From Candidatus Bipolaricaulota bacterium (lineage in GTDB: Bacteria > Patescibacteriota > Patescibacteriia > UBA11705 > DATKZF01), in the NCBI GenBank assembly GCA_035528115.1, contig DATKZF010000003.1, forward strand, positions 150,699 through 214,698: a stretch of 64,000 bases of DNA, in the 5' to 3' direction. A model generated the notes under the pieces. That model was not told the origin of the DNA. It ran no database searches and saw only the letters and a list, made by a program, of their open reading frames with translations. Each line of letters starts with the position of its first letter. Within the stretch, counting starts at the first letter, position 1. This document shows positions 53,696 to 64,000 of this stretch, one piece after another. The position numbers were made by a program, and so were the translations under genes.

Positions 53696-56026
53696 TCAAT
53701 CCTCAATATTTACGTCACTTATTTCAGGCAAAGTAGGTTGATACTCATCCAAGCCTCCCAGCTGAGCCAAAGCTGACTGAACCGCCTCATTGCCGGGATC
53801 ATACTCCAATATTTTTTTCAAATTATTTTTTGCTTTGGCGATTTGACCTTGATCGTAATAGATTTTGGCCAATGTGAAATAGCCGTCGGAAAACGTCGGC
53901 GCCAAAGAAACCGCTTGTTCGATTTTTTCAACGGCTTTTTCCGAAAAATTCGAATTCGCGTACATGACGCCCAAATAATATTTAACTCCCGCGTCGCTCG
54001 GCGCTTGTTTTTCAACATTTTCCATAAGCGTGATCGCCGACTCGACATTACCCAAATGAAATTCCGTCATAGACAGCGTAAAATATGTGGGCAAGTAGTT
54101 TTTCTTCAATTCTATGGCTCTCAAGCACTCATTTTTCGCCTGCCCCAACAAATCAGCCGCCTGCGTTTCCAAATTGGCTATGTTTTCGTCGTCTTTCTCA
54201 AGGTTATCTTTGGCGATATTTATGTCCGAAGCCAATCTCACTCGAGCGTCGGCCGCGCGATTCAAAATTAACACGTTATTGGAATTTGTCCGCAAGGCTT
54301 TGTCCAAGCTGGAAATCAGCCATTGCGATGAATTTGATGTCCAGCCGTCGAGCGACGAAAAAAGATCCGCTAAAGTCGTGTGGTTAAAAAAATTGTTCGG
54401 ATTATTTTCAACGGCCGCCAAAGCCGAGACATTGGCCGATCTGATCAATTTCTCCACGGCCGCCTGATATTCAGCTTCCTTGCCCTCTTTGGGCTGATAT
54501 TGCTTCAAATTATTTAAACTGCGAACGTAAAACATGGCCAGCTGACGCTGGTAATTATCGTTTTTCTTGTCCCATTTGACCGCGTATGTCAGCCATTTTT
54601 CCACAAAGGATTGCATCTGAACGTTGGAAGAGTTTTTTATGGCCAAAAAATACGCGCTGGCAGACAGAAGTCTTTTCGTAGAATAATACAGCCCGCCCAC
54701 GGAAGCGACCATTAAAATCGGAGCCAAAACCCAAATTGCCATTTTCAGCCGGCTCGGCCTGATTCTATTTCTCTTTGTTTTTTCATCAAGCAATGAAATG
54801 ACGATTCCGGCCAAAACCAACCAGCCGAAAAGCTCAACCATTAAATCGTTCATGTAAAAGAATCCGCCGATCGCGAACGCCAGCCAAGCGGCGGACAGCC
54901 CTATAAAATATTCGCTCTGTCCCGGCCGGAGCATTCGGCCGCATATTTTCACCGCGAAATAAATAATGAACAGCAAATACGCCATGGCCAAAACAAGACC
55001 GCCCACAGCCAAATAATCCGAGAATTTAGTGGCTGAAAAATAAAAAGTTTCATTCCAAAAAGCTGTTTGATTGACGCTGTCCGGCCTAAATAAATTATAG
55101 GCGATGGAATAATTATTTACTCCAATGCCGGTCAATGGCGCGGAAAAAAACGCTTCTTTGGCCACATGAAAGGAAGTTTTAACTGACGGCAATGGCTCGG
55201 CCGCGAATGAAGAAACGGAATTGAGGCGGCCGAAGATCAAACCGCCGATTGAAATAAGCGCGAGCAACGCCGGTAAAACCAAAAATTTGTAATTTAATTT
55301 CTTTTTTTTAAGGCTATAAAAAGCTATAAAAACAAAAACCGCTCCCAATAAAATCCCCCAGTCCTTCCGACCTCCGACCATCGCCAAAGCGATTAAATTG
55401 ATTAAAGATATTACGGCCGCTGACATGGCGAGACACAAATCCTTTTTATTTTTCAGGAAATCCGCGAATAACCCCAAACAAACCATTAAACTCATTATGG
55501 CTATAAGCCCGGTCGCCGCGTTATGCCCCAGTAAATTCACGGGCAGCCAAGCCGCTTTTATCAGTCCGGCGCCGGACAAAACCAACAGCGATTCCGCGAC
55601 GGCCGCGAGCGACGACAACATCAACATCAATTTTTGATGCTGCCCTTTTCTAAAATAATTTATCAATACGAAAAAAATAATTAAAAATGCGGCGAGTGTC
55701 ATGACGCTACCCGTCCAAGTCTCAACGCCCCAAAAACTGCCATAGCGATATTTGGAAAACAAAGCTGAAACCAGCGTGGCCAAAAATAAAAGAGCTGGAG
55801 CAATATAAATTACCTTGTCGCTCCTAAAATCATGTTTTCCTTTAAGCAAAAGCCAACCACACCAAAAAAACAACAATAGAAGCGCCAACCCTATGATATA
55901 AAACTGTTTGCTTTGTGAAACGAAAGAATGATTCGGCAAAAAAAACAAAACAGCAAACGGTATTAAAAAAATGAAAAGCCGCGTAAAATTCTCAAAAAGA
56001 TCCAACAAAACTTCTTTTATTTTCAT
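53696..56026 (-). CDS. O-antigen ligase-like polytopic membrane protein with C-terminal TPRs
   Basis: About 12 TM, PLTGIGVNNY..Y..RP loop, TPR tail; ATG 56026. Confidence 0.72.
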   Translation of the reverse strand: MKIKEVLLDLFENFTRLFIFLIPFAVLFFLPNHSFVSQSKQFYIIGLALLLLFFWCGWLLLKGKHDFRSDKVIYIAPALLFLATLVSALFSKYRYGSFWGVETWTGSVMTLAAFLIIFFVLINYFRKGQHQKLMLMLSSLAAVAESLLVLSGAGLIKAAWLPVNLLGHNAATGLIAIMSLMVCLGLFADFLKNKKDLCLAMSAAVISLINLIALAMVGGRKDWGILLGAVFVFIAFYSLKKKKLNYKFLVLPALLALISIGGLIFGRLNSVSSFAAEPLPSVKTSFHVAKEAFFSAPLTGIGVNNYSIAYNLFRPDSVNQTAFWNETFYFSATKFSDYLAVGGLVLAMAYLLFIIYFAVKICGRMLRPGQSEYFIGLSAAWLAFAIGGFFYMNDLMVELFGWLVLAGIVISLLDEKTKRNRIRPSRLKMAIWVLAPILMVASVGGLYYSTKRLLSASAYFLAIKNSSNVQMQSFVEKWLTYAVKWDKKNDNYQRQLAMFYVRSLNNLKQYQPKEGKEAEYQAAVEKLIRSANVSALAAVENNPNNFFNHTTLADLFSSLDGWTSNSSQWLISSLDKALRTNSNNVLILNRAADARVRLASDINIAKDNLEKDDENIANLETQAADLLGQAKNECLRAIELKKNYLPTYFTLSMTEFHLGNVESAITLMENVEKQAPSDAGVKYYLGVMYANSNFSEKAVEKIEQAVSLAPTFSDGYFTLAKIYYDQGQIAKAKNNLKKILEYDPGNEAVQSALAQLGGLDEYQPTLPEISDVNIED

Positions 56027-56086
56027 AGATGACACAGAAAGCAGTTTTGGAAAAAACTGCTTTTATCAATATAAATAAAGATTCAA

Positions 56087-59000
56087 TCATTCTCCCGTAT
56101 CGCTTGATTCGCCTCCATCACCTGCCGGAGCGGGCGCCTCGCTCGCAGCCGGAGCGATCGTTTCGCTTGCCGCCGCTTCGGAAGAATCGCTCACACCGCC
56201 GGAACCGAGATCGGCATCTCCGGCCTCGCCGCCATCGAATACTCCAACCGCGCTATCGCCTTCCGGCGCCGTTTGCTCGCTTGCTGACGCTTCATCAATG
56301 ACAGCTCCCGCGTCATCAGGGGCGTCGACTCCTTCCTCATTCGGCAATGACGGATCAGGGGCTTCGCCGACTTCATCAAGGACGCTATCCGGTTCCGTTC
56401 CATTTTCAATATCCGCTGATTGCTCCGCTGCGGGTTCCGTTTCCGGCAATGATTCCGGCGCTCCCGGCGCGATAATAATATTGTCAATTGGATCAGTCGT
56501 CGGAGACGCGAATCCGCTTCTCGGCGCCACAATCATCCAGTCAAATGAAACATCGGAAGTCCCGCCGCCCAATTCCCTGACGACAAAACCGACATTTTTC
56601 TTTTCCACCACGAAAAGTCCTTGGCAAGGTCCGGTCGGCGTGATTAAAACATTATAATCATCGCTTATTAATTTATCTATATTATTATCAAAAAGCACTT
56701 GTTTTACCCCTCCTTGCAATTTATCCCGGCCTGACATGGTGATTTCTTTTTTCACGCTCATCAGCGCGTACAGATCCATTTGTCCTCCGTCGAATTTTTC
56801 ATGAACCGTGAATACGCCGTTTTCATCAATCAGCCAATTATTGTTATAGCCGTATAATTTTCCTTGAATATGCAAATCATTGGTCAAAGAAATATTGGTA
56901 TCGATTTTGGAAAAATTCCCGCCTTCGACGTTCTCCAAACCGAATGTGACGGAAGTTGATACCGCGCCTTCGGCGTTATGATACCAACCTATATTTTGGA
57001 ACACCATAATTTGCCCGCACTCACCGGAGGATTCTCCGGCAAACGCCTCCAGCGCTTGGCCAACCACCATACCCGGATCAGTGGCTTTCATGCCATAGCC
57101 CGCCTTAGACGAAGTGGTGATAAAATCGCCGATCTCAATCGAACCGTTCTCGCCGCAAACATTGGTCGGAATTCTACCGGCCAAAACCAGCGGGTATCCG
57201 TATTTTTCGCTAATGCCGCCGCTGATGGTCATACTCGGTTTAGTGGCCACAATACCGATAATTCTTTTATCATATGGCAAATCGGTCAAAATGGCTTTTT
57301 CAGGATGAGCCGAATCGGCAATCAAGATCGCTCCGGACAAATCCGTTTTCCTAAAACCATCCTCATTGATGAAATTAACCTTTTTATCCTGACCATTTTC
57401 GGTAACAATAATGTATTCGGCGATATCAGTATGTCCGCCGTCAAAGAAAGCCAGTCCGTCAACCTCCAAATCATCCTCGATAAACAAATCGCTGGCCGAA
57501 TCGATGGAAGCGTGATTGGCCGAGCCCGTGCCAATGGTATTATAATCCGGAGAAGCCGTGTCGCCGACGCTTAGCTTGCTCATAAAGACACCTTCGTCGC
57601 TATAAAAAAATCCGGCCCAACCGGTGGACGCAATTCCGGACACCGCTCTGCCGGCTGAGGCATGAAATTCTCCGCCCGCGGAATTGATATCGGAAGAGTC
57701 ATTCGACGCGTAAATTCCATAAGTCACGCCACTGACTCCGGTGGTAATGGCGCTCAGCGCTCCGTAACCGTTGTTAGTGTCGGAATGATTTAACGTCACT
57801 TCGAACGCCGGAGAAGTGGTGTAAGCAGGCACATTAACTCTGCCTCCCAGCTCAATCGTATCGTTGGCTGCGTTTTTTATATATTCACCATCGGATAAAC
57901 GGATATCATAACTGGTGAAACTAGCGCTATCCATATCCAAACCGAATTGGGCGGCATTGTTCAAAACGATAAAACTGTCTAGATTGCCGGACACGCTATT
58001 GATCCTAATTCCCTCCGAGTCCCCGGTGGGATTAGATGAATTATTAATATCCAATTTTATTCCATAGGAATTCTGAGCGACTGCTTGGTTTTTCAACGTA
58101 ATATCAAGGCCGGTCATTGTTCCCGTCGTGGCCGCCGTGGTGTCATGGGTCATATCCAAATAATAACCAGTAAAATCAGTGAAATCGGCGGAATTGGAAA
58201 AAGTCGTGTAATCGCCATAACCGTCAGAGGCAGTAGCGCCCACACTCAAGGTTCTTTGCGAACCGTACAATAGGCCCGTGCCGGTCCGAGAAAGAATTTG
58301 ATGAGTACCCCAAAGATCTCCGGTTCCGCTATGAGTCAACGCTTCATATAGACCTTTCATATCACCCGCGCCGTTATGAGACGTATTGCCGTAAAAAAGA
58401 TTGCTAACTCCCGCGTTTGTTTTCGTGCCCGTGGCGGAGAATGAATAAACGTCCGACGTGGCCGCGGCATCAGTCGAAATATTGGCCTCAAACAATCTGG
58501 TCAGCGAATAGTCGCCGGCTCCGGTGGTCAAAGCGGTTTTAACTCCGTAAAGAGCCGAGCCTCCGGATGTTCCCGAACTGTCCATATTGACCAACAAAGC
58601 GTTGGAATTATTGGTATTGCTTTTGTAATCAACTTGCAAAGCGCCGGCCGCCGAGCCGGTATGGAGAGTCGTGGCCGCGTCGATTGACACTTTATTAGCC
58701 GCTCCCAAGACAAACGTGGCGTCTCCGGTCGCGCTCAAGCCGCTATTGATGTGCGCCGTGTTCACGTAAATATCAGACCAGGCAGATGTTGCGGAACCAA
58801 TGGTACCCGTGCCGGTAATCGTACCGTTTACCGACAATTGATCGTTAACATAAACATATGAATCTCCTGTAGCCACCAAAGTTAAATTGCTGTTAGTATC
58901 GAAAATCTGACTGTCCGTTAAATACAATCCGCCCAAATACATGCCCGCGGCATAAAGATTTCTGGAAAAAATTCCATCTTGCCATTTTTGGTTATATAAT

Positions 59001-60799
59001 GCGCCTCCGAGATCATAGGTGTCGCCGGTCGCCGGCAACAAACTGGCGCTAAACGAAAGTTTGTTGGAACCCAAATCAATCAACTGCGTTCCTTCGCTCA
59101 ATATAATGTCCGCGGTGGCGATCGTCGCGCCGCTCAGATCCATGCCAATGCCGAGCGAAGTAAGTATTTTTATGCCGTAATCCGCGGTACCCGCGCCATT
59201 TAAATAAATAATTTGCCCCAGACTTGCCTGGTTTTCCACGTTAAGACCGTTTGAGCTAGGTTGCGTACCGGCCGCGTTTACCACTATTTGCGCGCCATCA
59301 AAAGAATTTACCGAACCGCCTGCATTATTGGTGGCGCTCACGTATAAACCTTTAAAATTGCCATCCGCGGACGCGGAGTTATTGGTAACCGCTATATAAT
59401 TGCCGTATATATTACCGACCATTCCCGCATTGGCTGTCACCGATGAATTTTCGCCGTAAAGATTGCCGATTAACGCTCCCGAAATCATATTCCTATCACC
59501 GTAAGCGCTGCCTATGCCATTATGTGCAACCGAATTTGAAACCGCGTAAACATTGCCGGTGGCCGTGCTCTGGATGCCGTTTGTAAGACCGGTGGCGTCG
59601 CCAGCCACGCTCTTGGTAATGCCGGACGAAAAAGATGTCGCCCCGCCCGTTGAAGAACTTCCGATTTGAGAATAATAACCGGTTGACGTTGACGTTCCTT
59701 GAACAGTGGAACCGTACATGGTATCGGCATAAAACATATAGCCGAACAGATTGGCTTTAAAATCTCCGGCCGCCAGAGCTTCATCGCTGGCCACATTGGA
59801 AAAGTACCCCACTCGATACGCGTTAGCGTTGTCGCCGGAATTAGGCACCAAGTGAGACGAATAATTAAAAGGGAATTGAAAAGCGCCCATGCCCGCCGAT
59901 GACTTTAGCTTAACATCGACTCCGGTGACGAAATTCGTGTCGCTGGTCACATCAATATTTAAAACTCCATCCGTGCCCGTGTGAGTCGTGCTGGACGCGT
60001 CCAGCCATAATGACTCTGTGGCCGCCTGAACTTGTTTGATCGAGCCTCCCTGAAAAACCCAACTGTCCTGACTCGCATAACTTATATTTCCGCTGGTGGT
60101 TCCGTCATCGGCATACATGGTCAATTGCGCGTCGCCGGATGCCGAAGTGGTTCCTAAATTGAATCTCGAAGTACCGTCCTGAGCAATACCAATCAGCGTA
60201 TGGCCATTGACATCGTTTGAAGCGTTAACATACAAAGAACCTTGATTCAAGGCCGCGCCGGTCGTGCCAGTGCCGATTGTCCAAAGACCGGTGATACTTT
60301 CATTCTCATCCAAATCCGCAAACTCGGTTTCTTGTTTACCGCCCAACCTATCTGAGTTGAGCGCGTACAACGCGCCCGTGACTCTTTTTCTCGGCGTCAT
60401 TTCCGAGTCTCCCGTCACCTGAACTCCCAGGTAATAATCAGCGCCGTTGTAATTGGAAAAATTGGTGTCGGAAAAAACGTCGTCCGCTCCCAGATTGACC
60501 GAGAATAAACCGCTCACTGTAGTGACGGAAACGCTCGACTCCCACAAACAGGAGTTAACCCCAGGATTGCAGACAGCCAGCGGGTCATCGGAAACGTGAT
60601 TATAAACTCTAAATCTGATCGTGTAAGCGCCGTCAGCGACCGCGTCTCCGGCCGCGTCAGTCAATTTACCTTGATAATTTATGTACTTTGTAACCGCGGC
60701 ATCAGTTCCGGAAATATTGAAGACAAAAACAAACATCGCGCCAATAATTATAAAAGCGCTGAAAATCCAATTTTTAAAATTAATTTTATTTACCCTCAC
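56087..60799 (-). CDS. Large secreted fibre-like surface protein with putative autocleaving (peptidase G2-like) domain
   Basis: Signal peptide, INYQGKLTD..EMTPRK head, G/S/T/N-rich beta repeats, DIAEY..GIVATKP..LAGRIP..GDFITTS..GMKA, acidic tail. Confidence 0.75.
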   Translation of the reverse strand: MRVNKINFKNWIFSAFIIIGAMFVFVFNISGTDAAVTKYINYQGKLTDAAGDAVADGAYTIRFRVYNHVSDDPLAVCNPGVNSCLWESSVSVTTVSGLFSVNLGADDVFSDTNFSNYNGADYYLGVQVTGDSEMTPRKRVTGALYALNSDRLGGKQETEFADLDENESITGLWTIGTGTTGAALNQGSLYVNASNDVNGHTLIGIAQDGTSRFNLGTTSASGDAQLTMYADDGTTSGNISYASQDSWVFQGGSIKQVQAATESLWLDASSTTHTGTDGVLNIDVTSDTNFVTGVDVKLKSSAGMGAFQFPFNYSSHLVPNSGDNANAYRVGYFSNVASDEALAAGDFKANLFGYMFYADTMYGSTVQGTSTSTGYYSQIGSSSTGGATSFSSGITKSVAGDATGLTNGIQSTATGNVYAVSNSVAHNGIGSAYGDRNMISGALIGNLYGENSSVTANAGMVGNIYGNYIAVTNNSASADGNFKGLYVSATNNAGGSVNSFDGAQIVVNAAGTQPSSNGLNVENQASLGQIIYLNGAGTADYGIKILTSLGIGMDLSGATIATADIILSEGTQLIDLGSNKLSFSASLLPATGDTYDLGGALYNQKWQDGIFSRNLYAAGMYLGGLYLTDSQIFDTNSNLTLVATGDSYVYVNDQLSVNGTITGTGTIGSATSAWSDIYVNTAHINSGLSATGDATFVLGAANKVSIDAATTLHTGSAAGALQVDYKSNTNNSNALLVNMDSSGTSGGSALYGVKTALTTGAGDYSLTRLFEANISTDAAATSDVYSFSATGTKTNAGVSNLFYGNTSHNGAGDMKGLYEALTHSGTGDLWGTHQILSRTGTGLLYGSQRTLSVGATASDGYGDYTTFSNSADFTDFTGYYLDMTHDTTAATTGTMTGLDITLKNQAVAQNSYGIKLDINNSSNPTGDSEGIRINSVSGNLDSFIVLNNAAQFGLDMDSASFTSYDIRLSDGEYIKNAANDTIELGGRVNVPAYTTSPAFEVTLNHSDTNNGYGALSAITTGVSGVTYGIYASNDSSDINSAGGEFHASAGRAVSGIASTGWAGFFYSDEGVFMSKLSVGDTASPDYNTIGTGSANHASIDSASDLFIEDDLEVDGLAFFDGGHTDIAEYIIVTENGQDKKVNFINEDGFRKTDLSGAILIADSAHPEKAILTDLPYDKRIIGIVATKPSMTISGGISEKYGYPLVLAGRIPTNVCGENGSIEIGDFITTSSKAGYGMKATDPGMVVGQALEAFAGESSGECGQIMVFQNIGWYHNAEGAVSTSVTFGLENVEGGNFSKIDTNISLTNDLHIQGKLYGYNNNWLIDENGVFTVHEKFDGGQMDLYALMSVKKEITMSGRDKLQGGVKQVLFDNNIDKLISDDYNVLITPTGPCQGLFVVEKKNVGFVVRELGGGTSDVSFDWMIVAPRSGFASPTTDPIDNIIIAPGAPESLPETEPAAEQSADIENGTEPDSVLDEVGEAPDPSLPNEEGVDAPDDAGAVIDEASASEQTAPEGDSAVGVFDGGEAGDADLGSGGVSDSSEAAASETIAPAASEAPAPAGDGGESSDTGE

Positions 60800-60916
60800 A
60801 AAAACTTAACTTATTCCACTATATTTTAACACAAAACACCTCCATGCCTTAATAAGTTATCAACATTATTATAATATCGCGAAACAATCAACGACAGGGA
60901 ATCCCCTTTTCTTTTT

Positions 60917-63778
60917 CTACTGCTCCGACCAAGGAATGTTCACGTCTTTTGATTGCTCGTGATATTTAAAATCAACGCCATTCACCTTTTCTTTTATTTC
61001 TTGAGCCGTTTCATCGCCATGCCAACGATGCGGCGCGTTTTGAATAATCTGTCTTATAGGCTGAGGAGTTGCCTTGACCGGCTCGGCCGGCGGCAATGTC
61101 GGCGGAGCCTCATTTTTGCTTTGTCTGGCCAAAAATAGATTCCTGGATAATGCCGCGCCTTCGGCTTTCCCTTGTTCTATCAGCTCTGTTTTAACATTTT
61201 CAAACCCTTCTTTTTCAGCGGTGATATAATAGGTATTTTGACCGGCCAGGAAGCTGTACTTACCTTGCTGATCGGTCACTTGAGTATCCAGCAATTTATT
61301 GTATTTGTTATCGTAAAGCCGAACCACCGTTTTATTGATCGGTTTTCTGTTGCCCGAGTCGGACACAATGCCCCAGCCTTTGGGTCGGCGGCCGGCGGCC
61401 AGCCGCTTAAACAGAGCGAAAAGCAAAACATGCAACAAAACCAAGCCCAAAAGCCACGCGCTCGGCTTTATTAAAAACATTACAAACGCGGCGATCGGCC
61501 CGGTCAGCGCCAAGACTTTTTGAAATTTTCTCAAAGTATAAATCAATAAAACTTTCTTGGACGGTTCCGGCTTCTGATCGGCGTCCAGCGGGATATTCGG
61601 CACCACGACGGCATTTTCATCGACCGCGATCATTTCTCCATGATAAACATCAAGATAAAGAAGATCTTCCTTTTGATCTTTCAAAATAACGGAAGGGAAC
61701 GCATAATCTTTTTTAAAAACTTTAATGAAATATTTTCCGGGCTTAACGGAGAAAGCGAATCTCCCGCTCGAATCGGACACTTTCGTTTTGGCCAATTTAT
61801 TCGTTTCCGCTTCAAACAACCTCAAAATCGCCAAATCAATAGGCTGCTTGGTGATTGAATCGTAAACAACACCGAATTGTTTTCTTTTCTTCTTGAAAAA
61901 AGCCAAAATCGGTTCGGAAAACAACAACAACAAATATGGCAAAAGCCCGGCGAATGAAGCCACTGAAATCACGCTGAGCGCAGAAATCGCGGCAATGGCC
62001 GGAAAGCCGTATTTTTTCGTGGCTTCTTCGACTTTCGGATTATTAAAAAAGTTATCAGTAAGATATTTGACCGGCGCAGAATCCCCAACCATGGATAGCG
62101 CGTCATTTAATTTCGATCCGACAGCGCTTTCTTTTATGTCCTCAATGATATTGGAAATCACGGAAATCGGCTCCGCTTCCTCATTCTTTTCATCATTATC
62201 TTTCTCGCTTGCGCAACCCGTATCCGCCGGATAATCGGTCAATCCATCGTTGTCATTATCAACTCCGTCTTGGCATTGCGCCAAAATAATCTGATCCGAT
62301 TCGTCATTATCATCCGCGGAAACGCAACCCGGATCAAGCGGATAATCAGTCAACCCATCGTTGTCATTATCCAGTCCGTCGCTGCAGCGGGCAATGATCA
62401 ATTCCCCGTCGACTTCGTTGTTGTCATCCGGAGTCTCACAGCCCAAATCGGCCGGATAATCCACACGGCCGTCATTGTCATTATCGAGTCCGTCTTGGCA
62501 TTGCGGAGTGATCAAAATTTCATCGCGCTCGTCATTGTCTTCCGGACTGACACAGCCGGGATCGGCCGGATAATCCGTAAATCCATCATTGTCATTGTCT
62601 TCACCATCAGCGCATTGACCGACAATGGCTTCATCGAATTCATTATTATCATCCAAACTGACGCAACCCGGATCAGCGGGATAATCTATAAAACCGTCAC
62701 CGTCATTATCCTCTCCGTCATTGCATTGAGCGATCAAGAATGTGGTGGAAAAAACAAAAACATCCGTGAAAGAAGTTTCCACTCCGTCGCCGTTTCTGGC
62801 TTTGACTCGATATGAATAGCCGGTATTTTCACTCAAACCGCCGTTTGACCAAGTCGTCGATGGAATCCAGCCGGAATTTTTTCCGGTGGTGACATTTTCA
62901 AACCACAGAGAAGTCAGTCCGGCGCCCAAATTAGGCAAAGAGCCATCAGCCCTGACAACGATAAAGTCAGAGCCATTGTTCACTAAAAACAACGCCTTCG
63001 GTTTATTGATTAAGGTGTAAATCGAACTGGAGCCGGACCAATCCGTTTCAGCCTGAATATTTTTGGCTTTCACTCTGAAAATGTACTGTTTATTTTCGGA
63101 CAAGCCGACAATATTTTTTCCGAACGCGCTGCCCCAGCTGTCATAAGTCCGCCACACTTGATTGTCGCCGAGCGAGCCGTTTGCCTGCAAATATTTGCCT
63201 GTGGAAGTTTCATTAAGCAAATATAAAACATCTGTTGCGTTGCCGTTTGGCAAAATCACTATATTTAACGCCGAGGAGGACAGCGCCGTTAAGATCGGCG
63301 GTCCGGGCACAAACAAACCGAAAATCGAAGCGGTGGTAAAAGTGTGATCTCCCGACAAGGCCGAATTACCCGCTTCATCAATGGCGAAAATATTGAAATG
63401 ATATAAAGTCTCAGGGGTCAAACCGGTCAAATTCAAACCGTGCGACGTCAAATAATTATCGTCGCCGACCGAAAAACCGTAAGCTGTCGAATCGCCGTAA
63501 TAAACAACCGAAGCGGCCTCCTCATTGGTCGTCCAAGTGATAGTGGCGGAATCGGAAGTAATGTTTATCACCTGAATATTGGAAATCACCGGAGGAATGG
63601 TATCTTCCGGAGGTGGCGGTGGAGGCGGCGGCGGTGGTGGTGGTGGAGGTGAGCCGGACGACAAAACCTCGACCTGAACAGAGGAATCATCTGTGGCGGC
63701 CAAACTTAAATTAACCTGACCCATGACAGTCAAGGTCAACACCGCCAAAACAAACCCTATTTTCAAAAATTTACTCAT
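60917..63778 (-). CDS. Surface/membrane protein: poly-Pro, Fn3-like domains, five Cys/Asp repeats, TM and carboxypeptidase-regulatory-like domains
   Basis: SATITWTTNE..V.YG (Fn3), CxDGxDNDxDGxxDYPxDxGC x5, GVVYDS.TKQPI..A..RL..SD..GRF.F. Confidence 0.8.
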   Translation of the reverse strand: MSKFLKIGFVLAVLTLTVMGQVNLSLAATDDSSVQVEVLSSGSPPPPPPPPPPPPPPEDTIPPVISNIQVINITSDSATITWTTNEEAASVVYYGDSTAYGFSVGDDNYLTSHGLNLTGLTPETLYHFNIFAIDEAGNSALSGDHTFTTASIFGLFVPGPPILTALSSSALNIVILPNGNATDVLYLLNETSTGKYLQANGSLGDNQVWRTYDSWGSAFGKNIVGLSENKQYIFRVKAKNIQAETDWSGSSSIYTLINKPKALFLVNNGSDFIVVRADGSLPNLGAGLTSLWFENVTTGKNSGWIPSTTWSNGGLSENTGYSYRVKARNGDGVETSFTDVFVFSTTFLIAQCNDGEDNDGDGFIDYPADPGCVSLDDNNEFDEAIVGQCADGEDNDNDGFTDYPADPGCVSPEDNDERDEILITPQCQDGLDNDNDGRVDYPADLGCETPDDNNEVDGELIIARCSDGLDNDNDGLTDYPLDPGCVSADDNDESDQIILAQCQDGVDNDNDGLTDYPADTGCASEKDNDEKNEEAEPISVISNIIEDIKESAVGSKLNDALSMVGDSAPVKYLTDNFFNNPKVEEATKKYGFPAIAAISALSVISVASFAGLLPYLLLLFSEPILAFFKKKRKQFGVVYDSITKQPIDLAILRLFEAETNKLAKTKVSDSSGRFAFSVKPGKYFIKVFKKDYAFPSVILKDQKEDLLYLDVYHGEMIAVDENAVVVPNIPLDADQKPEPSKKVLLIYTLRKFQKVLALTGPIAAFVMFLIKPSAWLLGLVLLHVLLFALFKRLAAGRRPKGWGIVSDSGNRKPINKTVVRLYDNKYNKLLDTQVTDQQGKYSFLAGQNTYYITAEKEGFENVKTELIEQGKAEGAALSRNLFLARQSKNEAPPTLPPAEPVKATPQPIRQIIQNAPHRWHGDETAQEIKEKVNGVDFKYHEQSKDVNIPWSEQ

Positions 63779-64000
63779 GCTTCCTCCCCTTTTTCATCAT
63801 TAAAATAACTCCTAAAACAATAACCGCGCCAGCTAAAATCAATATCACTCCAAGAGGAGAGCTGACCCAAAAGATTCTTTCCTCCCGCCTCAAAGTCCAA
63901 TCATCATCCACCAAATTAAGCTGGGCCTTATATCGGCCGAACAAATTTTTTTCACTCGATAAATTCAAGATTCTTTCCTTGTCGGGCAAAACCTGAGAAA
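63771..64000 (-). CDS. C-terminal part of a membrane-anchored protein (truncated by window edge)
   Basis: FGRYKAQL..FWV + TM + basic tail; overlaps start of 60917..63778. Confidence 0.65.
   Translation of the reverse strand, partial: SQVLPDKERILNLSSEKNLFGRYKAQLNLVDDDWTLRREERIFWVSSPLGVILILAGAVIVLGVILMMKKGRKHE

Noticed and set aside
1-64000. Alternative genetic code, prophage, integrative element or DGR
   Set aside because: TGA ends conserved genes such as tpiA and pyrG at expected lengths; no integrase, terminase, capsid, RT or TR/VR pair was seen.

Overview
Chromosomal segment of a Patescibacteria/CPR (Parcubacteria-like) bacterium, inferred from gene content, compact layout and mostly AT-rich, SD-less leaders; TGA is used as a stop, so code 11. 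It is mainly minus-strand housekeeping and envelope genes (tpiA, M16 peptidase, thiI, ddl, pyrG, rplI, ctpA, murA, rfbA/D/B, thrS, dnaE, pyk, several GT2 enzymes, DUF4012, bactofilin), with three tRNAs (Thr-GGT, Gln-TTG, Leu-GAG) and large surface proteins at the right end. I found no integrase, transposase, RT, cas gene or prophage. The most unusual content is intergenic. (1) Several families of degenerate 7-9 nt tandem-repeat tracts sit at gene junctions; one pair flanks what looks like an internally deleted four-helix-bundle gene. (2) A dispersed element of about 110-175 bp, built from a 14-bp core at 40-bp spacing, occurs three times. (3) GC-rich REP-like palindromes nest inside one another, start at the CCA of all three tRNAs, and form a helix of the thrS T-box antiterminator. 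(4) The thrS T-box is compact and non-canonical and matches the tRNA-Thr in this window. (5) Five GC-rich, SD-led orphan genes appear to be self-contained cassettes. All family assignments come from recognising motifs by eye; no database search was run.
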